Position numbers and translations under genes: made by a program. Below are positions 29,125-38,431 of a stretch of DNA of 64,000 bases, piece by piece; the first letter of the stretch is position 1, and every line of letters begins with the position of its first letter. Source of the DNA: Candidatus Saccharimonadota bacterium (GTDB lineage: Bacteria > Patescibacteriota > Saccharimonadia > CAILAD01 > GCA-016700035). A model generated the notes under the pieces. It saw only the letters and a program-made list of their open reading frames with translations. It did not search any database and was not told where the DNA came from. Where the stretch lies: NCBI GenBank assembly GCA_046350755.1, contig JAXLZV010000001.1:480823-544822 (forward strand), read 5' to 3'.

Positions 29125-32100
29125 TTGAATACAGATCAGCGACAACCTATACTTAAGGATAAGCATTTAGTGCGGTCAATACACGTACTTGTGTGGAGGA
29201 GAAATTATTTACGAGTATACGTGCATCACAGATGTACTGTCCGAATCGATGCTATGAATACTGAAAAAGCATCGATTCTTAGGGCTATCCAAAAACAGAT
29301 TCAGGTCGAAAAACGCAAGACCCTTTCCGGACCAACCATGGCCCAAAGAATCTACGTAATATTTGCCCTGATAGTTATAAGTAGTGTAACCCTTGTCTAC
29401 GCTGGGTTTGTGAATGATCGCCATAGTGGCAAAGCGCTTTCAGCTATTTCAACCGGTTCGGCGACAAATATTTCTCAAACCTCTGCCACAGTCAACGGAA
29501 CAGTCTCCCCTCTAGGCGTTGTAGAGAGAGGTTTTGCGTACGGTGCCGACACCAATTATGGCACAAACGTGACGGATACTGGTCCGCTAGCTTACACCTA
29601 TTTAGGTCAATGGGGTTCTACCGGAAATGGAAGTAATCAATTCAGCTCACCAAAAGGTATCACTATCAGTCCGCAGGATTACGTGTATGTCGTAGACCAG
29701 TCAAATAATCGCGTGCAGAAATTTAATGCTAATGGCACCTTTCAACAAGCTTTCGGCACGTATGGCACAGCGGATGGACAATTTAGTGGCCCCACCAGCG
29801 TCACCGCCAATAACAATAGCGATATCTACATCACAGATACTGTCAACCATCGCATCCAAAAGTTTGATAGTAACGGAAACTTCATAACGAAATGGGGTGT
29901 GGCTGGGTCGGGCGATGGAGAGTTTCAATTCCCTGCAGGGCTTGCTAGTGACTCCAGTGGCAATATCTACGTTACAGACACGCTCAATAATCGTATCCAA
30001 AAGTTTGATAGTAATGGCAATTTCATAACGAAATGGGGTGTGGCTGGGTCGGGCGATGGAGAGTTTAGTCAGCCAGTCGACATAGCTGCCGACTCGAATA
30101 ACGATATCTTAGTTAGTGATGGCAGCAATCGTATCCAAAAGTTTGATAGTAATGGCAATTTCATTACGAAATGGGGCTCAACGGGAACAGGTGATGGAGC
30201 ATTTCAATATCCCTATGGGATCAGTACCGATGCGCAAAACAATGTCTATATAGTTGATAGTTATAACAATCGTATCCAAAAGTTTGATAGTAACGGAAAC
30301 TTCATAACGAAATGGGGTGTGGCTGGGTCGGGCGATGGAGCGCTTTCATTCCCGCGAAATTTGGTGGTTCGCCCCACAGATGCAACTGTATACCTAGCCG
30401 ACAGTGGCAATGATCGCGTACAAGTATTTAGCGGCTCAATCACCGCAGAGATACAGGGGCTTAGCTGTGAAACCACCTACCATTACCGAGCCTATGCAAC
30501 AAACGGCATGAGCACCACGTATGGCGAAGATGCAACTTTTACGACCGCTAATTGCGTAACGAACCTCGAAGACCCACAAAATCTCACTGCCAACCCTCGT
30601 GCGAAAAGTGTTGAGCTAGACTGGGGTGATGTATCAGCGGTAGATTATTACAAAATTGAATACAAGCCATCATCTGAAAGCACTTGGCTGACAGCGAACA
30701 ACTCCTATAGCTCTTCAGCTATCATCTCTGGACTCACCTCAGAAACCTCGTATGACTTTCGCATAGCAGCTGCCAGCAATTCACTAAACACTCAAAGTAA
30801 CTGGGTAGCCATAACAACTTCGACAATTGCGCAACAAACATACCATATAACTAATTGTGTCGAGCTGCAGTCAATAGCACTGAATCCATACACATTTGAG
30901 CCAGGCGACATGGCCGGGAAGTATATCCTGGATAATGACATCGATTGCTCAGAATCAGCCTCATGGACATGGGAGGGATTGATACCACCTCAATATCAGG
31001 GCATAATGAGCGGCTTCATCGCCATCATAGATATCTTCAATGGAGGGCCTTTTGTGGGAGATTTTGATGGTCAGGGCCACACGATATCAAACATGCATCA
31101 ACAAGTTGCAACTGGTGGCGGTCTATTTGCTGTCACCTCCGGCTCAGTTCTGCAAGATGTGACTCTCAACAATAGCGATATTAATAATATAGTAGGCGTG
31201 CCCTTTGTTGGTGGGTTTGTCACACGAGCAACTAACTCCACTATCTCCAAGGTAAATGTCACGGGGCTAAACCTAACGAGTATTACCGGTGCCACGGGTG
31301 GCGTAGCGGGTGGCGTAGAAGGCACAACAACTATCACGCAAAGCCGAGCAACGGGATCCATCGATGCCCAAAATAGTGGCACTGGAAACGAGACAGTGAT
31401 ATCGGGAGGACTAGTTGGTGGCGCTGGATTTGGTGCTACCCCGCTTTCAATCACCGAATCCTATGCTGATGTGGATATTAATATAGCAATCACTTCCAAT
31501 GGCAGCAATATAGGCGTTATGGCTGGAGGGCTTACCGGCGGAACGCCACAAGGCTACGCAATAATTAATGACTCCTACTCGATAGGAAGCATTAATATTG
31601 ACGCCACCGATGAAATCACTGGTGGCCTGCTAGTTGGTGGCCTGTCGGGATCCATGGTCACGGTAAGCAATTCATATGCAGCAACGCCGATCACAATACT
31701 GTCGAATGGATTTGGCCAATCGACAGAAATAGCTATCGGCGGATTAATCGGCTTTAATCCCGATGTCAATCTCCAAAATTCTTTTGCCACCGGATCAATT
31801 TCCGTAGATGATAGCCTCTTAAATCCTGGGGGCTTAGTCGGAGTGATCCAAGTAAACCCAGACTATGCGGGAAGCATCAGTATTGCAAACAGTTATTACA
31901 ACCAGGGAGTAAGTGGTGCTGCAACGTGCGTGAACAGATTTTTGAACGATAATGGTAACTCAGATATTACGCCAGCACCAAGTGTCGATTGCGCCGCCGT
32001 CAACACAGGCGGCAGCCAGTCTAATTACTTCATAAATAATCAGTCAAATCCACCGCTTGATGTGTGGAATTTCGATACGATCTGGAAGACTAATACGGCC

Positions 32101-35100
32101 ACACCGCCAACCTTCATAGGAAGTGCCCCGCCAAGCCAAAGTGCCCCGGGCGTACCCCGAAACCTGACAGCCAACAATCCAAGCAATACTACACTCGACA
32201 TCAGCTGGCTGACACCAACTTCAACCGGCAACAGCCCAATTACTGATTATATTATTCAATACAAGTTAACTAGCAGTGGAACCTGGCTGACATTCAATGA
32301 TGGCGTAAATACAAGCCTCGGTGTAACGCTGGCCGGCTTAACAGTCGATAAAAATTATGACATCCGCGTAGCAGCTATTAACGCGGTTGGGCAAGGCCCC
32401 TACACTACGCCGATTACAGCTGGGACACTGAGTCCACCGAGTGCGGTTCAAAACCTGGCTGGGAATGAAACAGGGCCAACTTCGATTGATCTCACTTGGG
32501 ATGCACCATCCTCAGATGGTGGCTCAGCTATCACCGACTACGTCGTGCAGTACAAGCTATCAAGCAATGCCGGATGGACGGCGTTCACTGACGGTATTTC
32601 AAGCTCAACTGGTGCCTCTGTCAGCGGCTTAACGGATAGTACTAATTACGACTTGCGCGTAGCCGCTGTTAATGTAGCCGGCCAAGGCCCCTGGGCAACC
32701 ATAACCAATATACCAACCGGAACCCTCCTCCCGACTGCGCCAAGAAATCTTGTGGCTACACCCTACCAATATACTCACCCGCAAATTGGTCCGACTATCT
32801 ATGCTCTTCCCAACCTAAGTTGGCAGCCCCCAATCACCGGCTCACCTTTCACCGACTACGTCGTCGAATACCGTCTCACGGGAGAAACTAACTGGCGCGA
32901 ATACAGCGACGGCACCTCGGCTAGTAACCAGCTTGATTTTGATTTTGGATTTTCTAATTTTGATTTTCTTGACAGCAATAATAATAGCCCTGAACAGACG
33001 GCTCTCATTGATGAGCTTTTACAAGCGATGATGCTTGGCCAAAGTTATGAGTTTCGCGTAGCAGCAGTCAATAGTAACGGGCAGGGACCATTTAGTGACC
33101 CCGCCAACTTCACCCCTTCATTCACGGCCGATGACTGCTCATTGTTACACTGGGTTCTACAAACCTTAGGGACTGGAAGCCCTAGCGCCAATCTCAATCC
33201 CCACTTCCTTCTCGTGCAAGATATTGATTGCTCCGACACAATTAGCTGGAATAATGGCGCGGGCTGGGAGCCAGTCGGTTCAGATCCTGCATACTTTTTC
33301 ATAGGCCAACTCGATGGCCGAGGTCACAGCGTTAGCAATATGTTTATTGACGATAGCGAGAACCTACCAGTAGGAATGTTTGGAGTCCTCCAGAACGCCC
33401 AAGTATCAAACCTTAATCTCGTCAATAGCTCAGTTAGCGGCCGAATCTATATATACGCAGATGGAGGCGACTCGGGATCGCGGGTTGGCGCCCTAGCCGG
33501 GATCGCCTACTCTAATACTAGTATCTCGAATGTAATCGCCAGTGGCTCAGTTTACTCTGACTGGTCAGGAGGTGGCATTATCGGCTACACACAAGCCTCT
33601 GAGGCTGACGTGACTATCAGTAACACTACCTCGCATGTTAATGTCAGCGCTGCCAAAGAAGGCTTTGGCGGCGGACCTGTCGGCGGCATTATCGGAGACG
33701 TCTATGGTGGCGATAGCTCACTTGGTAGATTCTATGGTGACAAATTTGCTATTGATTCACAAGGTTACACATATGTGGTGGATCCAACCTGGTCGGGCCA
33801 CAAAATACTAAAATTCAACCCCGGAGGTCGGCTCGTACAGTCATGGGGCAATACTGGCAGCGGCGATGACGAGTTTAGTACCTACGGCCCGAGCGAGATC
33901 GTCATCGATTCACAAGATAATCTTTACCTACTTGATAATGGAGTCAAAAAATTTAGCAACAGTGGTCAATTTATAGCTAAATATAATTACTCTGGCAGCA
34001 GCCTCAATATCGATCGTGACGATAACCTTTATTTAACGGGGGCAACTGAGTATTTCTATAATGGCACGCCGCTAGCAATTCAAAAGGTCAGCAGTAGCGG
34101 CAACCTACTAGCATCATTCTTCTCGATGAATGACGTGCCGGGCCACGAAGACGCGCAAATTGGCAAAGTAGCCGTAGCACCCAGCGGCAATATTTATGTT
34201 TCAGAAGTATATAGCGATCTGGTTCGCCGCTACAGTCCATCTGGCAATTTTCTTGGCAGCTTCACAACCTCAAATGGTAATACTTCTGAGATGATTATTG
34301 CTGATGACAATCGTTTATACACAATTAGTAATGGCAATATTTACCAATACGATCTATTGGGCAATCAACAATTATCGATTCCCTACTCAACAGCAGACTA
34401 TCTAGCAACCGATGACCTCAGTAATCTATATGTCTCAAGCTCGTATTCACATAGTGTTACAAAATATGCGTCGGATGGTACCGAGTTGGGTCAACTTGAG
34501 CCCGGCTATGGCCAGGGCCAAGTACTGAGCCCTAGTAAGTTAGTGATTGCCGGCAACACACTACATGTCCGCAGCACGAACACTTATAGCGGCGCGGTTA
34601 TTAAGCACTTCGACAGTAGCTCTCTGGTATATACCGGCAAAGTTGATGGCCTTGATGATGATAACCCCTACAAAACACTAATCGCCAGTAGTGGGGCCGA
34701 TGGAGATCTTGATGCCAAGTGGGTTGGCGGGCTAGTTGGCTATGTGCTGGGCGCCTATATCGACGACCCGCTTGAAACCCCGGGGCTCGTTATTGAAGAT
34801 TCAAGCTCTCAAAACGCGATTAATACAGCCTGCCATTTTGCCGGTGGACTCCTCGGCTCTACAAATGTCGGCACATTAATCACCGGTTCACACGCTCAAG
34901 GCAACATAGCCTGCGAGGGCGGCAGTTTCCTTGATATCTATGACTCATCGTACACGCAGGTTTCAGCTGGCGGTTTAGTGGGTCGTCAAAATGGTACGTC
35001 CCTGTTGCGCATCAATGACTCGTCATTTACTGGCGAAATTGACGCGGCTCCGCATAATTCATTGGCAAACACCGTCAGTGCCGGCGGCTTAGTTGGCTAC

Positions 35101-38100
35101 TCCGAGGTATGGATACCATACATCGACCCCGCAGATCTAGATCCACAAAGCTACCTCGGGACAAAAGGCATTGTAATTAATGGCGGCTCCGTCTCGGCTA
35201 ATGTTCATGCAGCAGTTGGAAAAAGAGGTGGGGGTGGGGGTGGCTTAGCAGGCATCACTGACGTTCTAGCTGTCGACAGCTCTGTCATCCACGGGAGCGT
35301 GTCTGTCGACCAACTCGATTCTCCAAATACTAACGGCACGTCGTATTACGCAGGGGGAGGCGCGGCGACAGCCAAAGTGGCTGATATTCAGTCAACAACA
35401 GCCGACAACACAATCAATCTAACAGCCTCGACCGGAAGAACCTACCTCTACGCTGGTGGCCTACTTGGGATGGGTACCACCTTTCAAGCCTTTGACGCCG
35501 TCGGGCGCTCTGGTAGCATTGCCGTCCGAGGCCGCGCCGATATTCCCAGCCCAAGCGTAGACAGCGCAATTTTTGCTGGCGGCTTAGCTGGCGAAGCTAT
35601 CAGCTACGAAGCGCTCAATGTCACAAATAGCACCTCGGCAAGTAGCATTAGCATTGAAGGTATCAGAGGCGGCAATAATGTCTTATATGGCAACCGCAAT
35701 GGCGCTGCAGGAGGCCTCTTCGGGATCGCCCAAAGTAATACCTCACTTACGGTCAGTAATAGCTCGACTAGTGGCAATATCACCAACTCTTCGGGACTCA
35801 CAAATCCGCCTCCAGAAGCATCGTTCCTCTCAGCTGCATCGCTTGGCGGGCTTATTGGAAGCTTTAGTGGAAGTGTCAATTATTACGCAACCCAAACAGG
35901 AAAACTGAACATTTTTGACTCCCACAGTAGCGCGAATGTGTCGGGTCCTTCCTACTCGCTTGGTGGCGCATATATGAGCTTTAATGGCGGAGCCGGTGGA
36001 TTGGTCGGCTACTTCGCTGCCATGGGTGGCAGCATCGAACGCTCCTTCGCAACTGGTAACGCTACCAGCACAAATGCCGGTGGCTTAATAGGTACCGGCA
36101 TATCGGGCAGCATGGATACTATATTCACCATCAAAAACACCTACGCCACAGGACAGGTCACTGGACAAAGCCTTATAGCTACAGCTGATTTAAATGGACC
36201 CCCTACTAATATTGGCTTCGCCGGTGTAGCTGGTGGTTTGCTGGGCAATTCTTGGGGTATTAATCTAGAAGATTCCTATGCCTCTGGTCAAGTCAGAGCC
36301 TCAGAAGCTGTTGACCAGGTAGGCTTCAATTCCAACACTTCATTCCTTGGGGCCTTTGGCGGTAAAAATGGTGTAGCCGGTGGACTAATTGGCCGCTTCA
36401 CGCAAAACTTCTATGCAGGTAGCCCCCCAAATTTTATCGTTGATAACTCGTATATCACGAATTCCTTTGCAGCCACTACTGTGTCTGGACCGAGCAGTAG
36501 CTACCGGGGAGCAATCGTCGGTGAGTTTATCGACTTTCTAAACCTATACTCTATTTTTACCGATCAGTATACTATCAACCCTGACGACTTCATTACTCCT
36601 GAGATGTCGCTGGTGGGCAACTATTATGACGCGAGTCGCTCACAAGCAACTCCTTGTGGTACCGAGCTTTACATCGCCAGCTACGATCCGCCTGAAACAG
36701 AGGGTGGTATGCCTACAAATATCGTAGACGCACATAGCAATGTTGCGAATTGTACACCCGTCAACAGCGATGGCTTACAGCCAAACTATTTCATCAACAA
36801 CGCAACCAACCCCCCTCTTGATAAATGGAATTTTGTGAGCATATGGAAGACAAACTACAACAATTACCCAGACTTTGTTGGCAGCATCACACCACCACCT
36901 CCTTCAGGCCCCGGAGCTACGACTGGACCCGCTCCAACGACCACACCCACCAATCCACCTAGTGCACCAACAACAACGAGTAATACACCTTCGCCGAGTG
37001 AGTCCACCCTCACGAGTCCTAACGCCTCGGGCAGTGGTAAAGCCGGCCAACAGCAGCCATCAAAAAGCCCCGAATCTAACTTAGGCGCTGGAGACACCGG
37101 CACACTGCTTGATCGGTTGCGACGTAGCATTGGATCCCTCAGTCCAGGTATCCTATATGCCCCTGGGAGCCTCATCATCCTATTGATTGCTTTAGCGATC
37201 TTTTACGCCTACCAAAGCTGGCGAGAGTATCAGCTACAAAAGAAGCTTGAGGACTTATTGAAACGATACCGCGTTACACAGCGACTAAGAAGCGACTTTG
37301 TAAACCTTACGTCCCACTATCTCAATACCCCGGTTCAGATAATGCGCAGTGGTGTCGAGCTGGCGCAAACACAAATACCGGCAATGAGGCCGACGGTTAT
37401 AGCTCTAGCAGCTTCACTAGAGATTATGTCGGAAGATCTAAATCAGCTTCTTCATAGCTCACAAGCTAGTAGCCAAACCTCTCACACTCTTCAGGAGCTT
37501 GATAACCAGGACGTCCGCCATCTATTGAAACGGACTGGCGTATGGCTGCCAATCGTTAGCACTACCCTACTCATGCTAGCATTTGAAATTATATTGTTGA
37601 CGGTGGGTAATATTGGTTTTAATCCTTATACAGTTGGAGTTTTCATCAGCCTGTTGGTTTTTGCCAGCGCGATGGTGGCCTTCACCTACCGGGCTCGGTG
37701 GCGTCTCAAGACATTAACCCAACGATCCAAATCAGCGCTCGACTACGAGCGAGGCCTGGACGCAGAACGCATGCGCTTCATAACGACTGCCGCCCATGAA
37801 CTACAGTCTCACATTGCTGCCTTGCGGATACCGGCCGAACGACTTATCAGCACTGGGAAGGTACCAGCATTTGCGAATGGTCTAGCAATGATGAATCAGA
37901 CAGCCTCGAAACTTGAACAAATCCAAACACTAAGTAACTTACCTGCCGATAACCCCCCGACCGCCATGAAACCGTGGCTAGATAAGCATGTGCCTACCCT
38001 AAAGCAGTTCGCAGAGAGTCAACAGCTCACTTTCTCATCACGGATCGATCCAAACGTGGCAGTCAACCTTGATGTACCGGCTTTAGCGCAATTGGTCAGT

Positions 38101-38412
38101 TCATTAGTTGGGAATGCAGTGAAGTTTACCAAAGCGGGTGGGTCTGTGTCTCTTCAGCTCATGCAGAAAGCCCATACGGTTCAACTCGTCGTGCAGGATA
38201 CGGGGATTGGCATCGAGAAAGATAAACTAGAACAACTCATGCAACCATTCTCACGAGGCACCGATGTGCTGACCTTTGATTATGAAGGAATCGGCTTGTC
38301 TCTCTATATCGATCGCTTGATTGCCGAGCGAATTGGCGGAACCATGCAGATAGCCTCGAAAGTCGGACGAGGAACTATTGTGACGGTAGAGCTACCAGGG
38401 GCTGGAGAGTAG
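29125..38412 (+). CDS. giant (~3,095 aa) cell-surface multidomain protein with NHL beta-propellers, FN3 domains and long GLUG-type repeat arrays, ending in a transmembrane C-terminal histidine kinase (HisKA + HATPase_c)
   Basis: Single uninterrupted ORF. Signal-anchor MAQRIYVIFALIVISSVTLVYAG. At least 6 NHL repeats (NRIQKFDSNGNFITKWG...). FN3 domains with W...Y..Y.V signatures. Two F-x-G-x-[FL]-DG-x-GH-x-[IV]-SNM modules, each followed by long GGL[VIL]G arrays. A degenerate second propeller. A P/T-rich linker (about 36890-37080). TM1 at about 37165-37215, an H-box-like LTSHYLNTPV, a TM2/3 hairpin, then ITTAAHELQSHIAAL plus the N-box LVGNAVKFT, G1 DTGIGI and G2 GIGLSL. The track start is a TTG at 29125; more likely starts are a GTG near 29170 or the ATGs at 29254 and 29338. 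Confidence 0.85.
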   Translation: MNTDQRQPILKDKHLVRSIHVLVWRRNYLRVYVHHRCTVRIDAMNTEKASILRAIQKQIQVEKRKTLSGPTMAQRIYVIFALIVISSVTLVYAGFVNDRHSGKALSAISTGSATNISQTSATVNGTVSPLGVVERGFAYGADTNYGTNVTDTGPLAYTYLGQWGSTGNGSNQFSSPKGITISPQDYVYVVDQSNNRVQKFNANGTFQQAFGTYGTADGQFSGPTSVTANNNSDIYITDTVNHRIQKFDSNGNFITKWGVAGSGDGEFQFPAGLASDSSGNIYVTDTLNNRIQKFDSNGNFITKWGVAGSGDGEFSQPVDIAADSNNDILVSDGSNRIQKFDSNGNFITKWGSTGTGDGAFQYPYGISTDAQNNVYIVDSYNNRIQKFDSNGNFITKWGVAGSGDGALSFPRNLVVRPTDATVYLADSGNDRVQVFSGSITAEIQGLSCETTYHYRAYATNGMSTTYGEDATFTTANCVTNLEDPQNLTANPRAKSVELDWGDVSAVDYYKIEYKPSSESTWLTANNSYSSSAIISGLTSETSYDFRIAAASNSLNTQSNWVAITTSTIAQQTYHITNCVELQSIALNPYTFEPGDMAGKYILDNDIDCSESASWTWEGLIPPQYQGIMSGFIAIIDIFNGGPFVGDFDGQGHTISNMHQQVATGGGLFAVTSGSVLQDVTLNNSDINNIVGVPFVGGFVTRATNSTISKVNVTGLNLTSITGATGGVAGGVEGTTTITQSRATGSIDAQNSGTGNETVISGGLVGGAGFGATPLSITESYADVDINIAITSNGSNIGVMAGGLTGGTPQGYAIINDSYSIGSINIDATDEITGGLLVGGLSGSMVTVSNSYAATPITILSNGFGQSTEIAIGGLIGFNPDVNLQNSFATGSISVDDSLLNPGGLVGVIQVNPDYAGSISIANSYYNQGVSGAATCVNRFLNDNGNSDITPAPSVDCAAVNTGGSQSNYFINNQSNPPLDVWNFDTIWKTNTATPPTFIGSAPPSQSAPGVPRNLTANNPSNTTLDISWLTPTSTGNSPITDYIIQYKLTSSGTWLTFNDGVNTSLGVTLAGLTVDKNYDIRVAAINAVGQGPYTTPITAGTLSPPSAVQNLAGNETGPTSIDLTWDAPSSDGGSAITDYVVQYKLSSNAGWTAFTDGISSSTGASVSGLTDSTNYDLRVAAVNVAGQGPWATITNIPTGTLLPTAPRNLVATPYQYTHPQIGPTIYALPNLSWQPPITGSPFTDYVVEYRLTGETNWREYSDGTSASNQLDFDFGFSNFDFLDSNNNSPEQTALIDELLQAMMLGQSYEFRVAAVNSNGQGPFSDPANFTPSFTADDCSLLHWVLQTLGTGSPSANLNPHFLLVQDIDCSDTISWNNGAGWEPVGSDPAYFFIGQLDGRGHSVSNMFIDDSENLPVGMFGVLQNAQVSNLNLVNSSVSGRIYIYADGGDSGSRVGALAGIAYSNTSISNVIASGSVYSDWSGGGIIGYTQASEADVTISNTTSHVNVSAAKEGFGGGPVGGIIGDVYGGDSSLGRFYGDKFAIDSQGYTYVVDPTWSGHKILKFNPGGRLVQSWGNTGSGDDEFSTYGPSEIVIDSQDNLYLLDNGVKKFSNSGQFIAKYNYSGSSLNIDRDDNLYLTGATEYFYNGTPLAIQKVSSSGNLLASFFSMNDVPGHEDAQIGKVAVAPSGNIYVSEVYSDLVRRYSPSGNFLGSFTTSNGNTSEMIIADDNRLYTISNGNIYQYDLLGNQQLSIPYSTADYLATDDLSNLYVSSSYSHSVTKYASDGTELGQLEPGYGQGQVLSPSKLVIAGNTLHVRSTNTYSGAVIKHFDSSSLVYTGKVDGLDDDNPYKTLIASSGADGDLDAKWVGGLVGYVLGAYIDDPLETPGLVIEDSSSQNAINTACHFAGGLLGSTNVGTLITGSHAQGNIACEGGSFLDIYDSSYTQVSAGGLVGRQNGTSLLRINDSSFTGEIDAAPHNSLANTVSAGGLVGYSEVWIPYIDPADLDPQSYLGTKGIVINGGSVSANVHAAVGKRGGGGGGLAGITDVLAVDSSVIHGSVSVDQLDSPNTNGTSYYAGGGAATAKVADIQSTTADNTINLTASTGRTYLYAGGLLGMGTTFQAFDAVGRSGSIAVRGRADIPSPSVDSAIFAGGLAGEAISYEALNVTNSTSASSISIEGIRGGNNVLYGNRNGAAGGLFGIAQSNTSLTVSNSSTSGNITNSSGLTNPPPEASFLSAASLGGLIGSFSGSVNYYATQTGKLNIFDSHSSANVSGPSYSLGGAYMSFNGGAGGLVGYFAAMGGSIERSFATGNATSTNAGGLIGTGISGSMDTIFTIKNTYATGQVTGQSLIATADLNGPPTNIGFAGVAGGLLGNSWGINLEDSYASGQVRASEAVDQVGFNSNTSFLGAFGGKNGVAGGLIGRFTQNFYAGSPPNFIVDNSYITNSFAATTVSGPSSSYRGAIVGEFIDFLNLYSIFTDQYTINPDDFITPEMSLVGNYYDASRSQATPCGTELYIASYDPPETEGGMPTNIVDAHSNVANCTPVNSDGLQPNYFINNATNPPLDKWNFVSIWKTNYNNYPDFVGSITPPPPSGPGATTGPAPTTTPTNPPSAPTTTSNTPSPSESTLTSPNASGSGKAGQQQPSKSPESNLGAGDTGTLLDRLRRSIGSLSPGILYAPGSLIILLIALAIFYAYQSWREYQLQKKLEDLLKRYRVTQRLRSDFVNLTSHYLNTPVQIMRSGVELAQTQIPAMRPTVIALAASLEIMSEDLNQLLHSSQASSQTSHTLQELDNQDVRHLLKRTGVWLPIVSTTLLMLAFEIILLTVGNIGFNPYTVGVFISLLVFASAMVAFTYRARWRLKTLTQRSKSALDYERGLDAERMRFITTAAHELQSHIAALRIPAERLISTGKVPAFANGLAMMNQTASKLEQIQTLSNLPADNPPTAMKPWLDKHVPTLKQFAESQQLTFSSRIDPNVAVNLDVPALAQLVSSLVGNAVKFTKAGGSVSLQLMQKAHTVQLVVQDTGIGIEKDKLEQLMQPFSRGTDVLTFDYEGIGLSLYIDRLIAERIGGTMQIASKVGRGTIVTVELPGAGE
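29851..30345 (+). repeat. four near-identical ~75-80-bp DNA units at ~140-bp spacing inside the NHL-repeat coding region
   Basis: aatcgtatccaaaagtttgatagtaa[tc]gg[ca]aa[tc]ttcat[at]acgaaatggggtgtggctgggtcgggcgatggag occurs near 29851, 29989, 30127 (shorter match) and 30268. Confidence 0.8.
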
Positions 38413-38431
38413 CTAAGGTGTCGACGACTAG

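Noticed and set aside
29851-30345. Near-identical ~80-bp units considered as MITE or IS remnants
   Set aside because: They keep frame and encode consecutive NHL propeller blades. There are no terminal inverted repeats or target duplications.
29209-37178. Multiple 60-120-aa ORFs on both strands inside the giant gene (e.g. 29701-30000, 31098-31454, 35604-35908, 36864-37178)
   Set aside because: They are embedded in or antisense to a continuous 3,095-aa reading frame with coherent domain content. Their low-complexity translations are typical of shadow ORFs.
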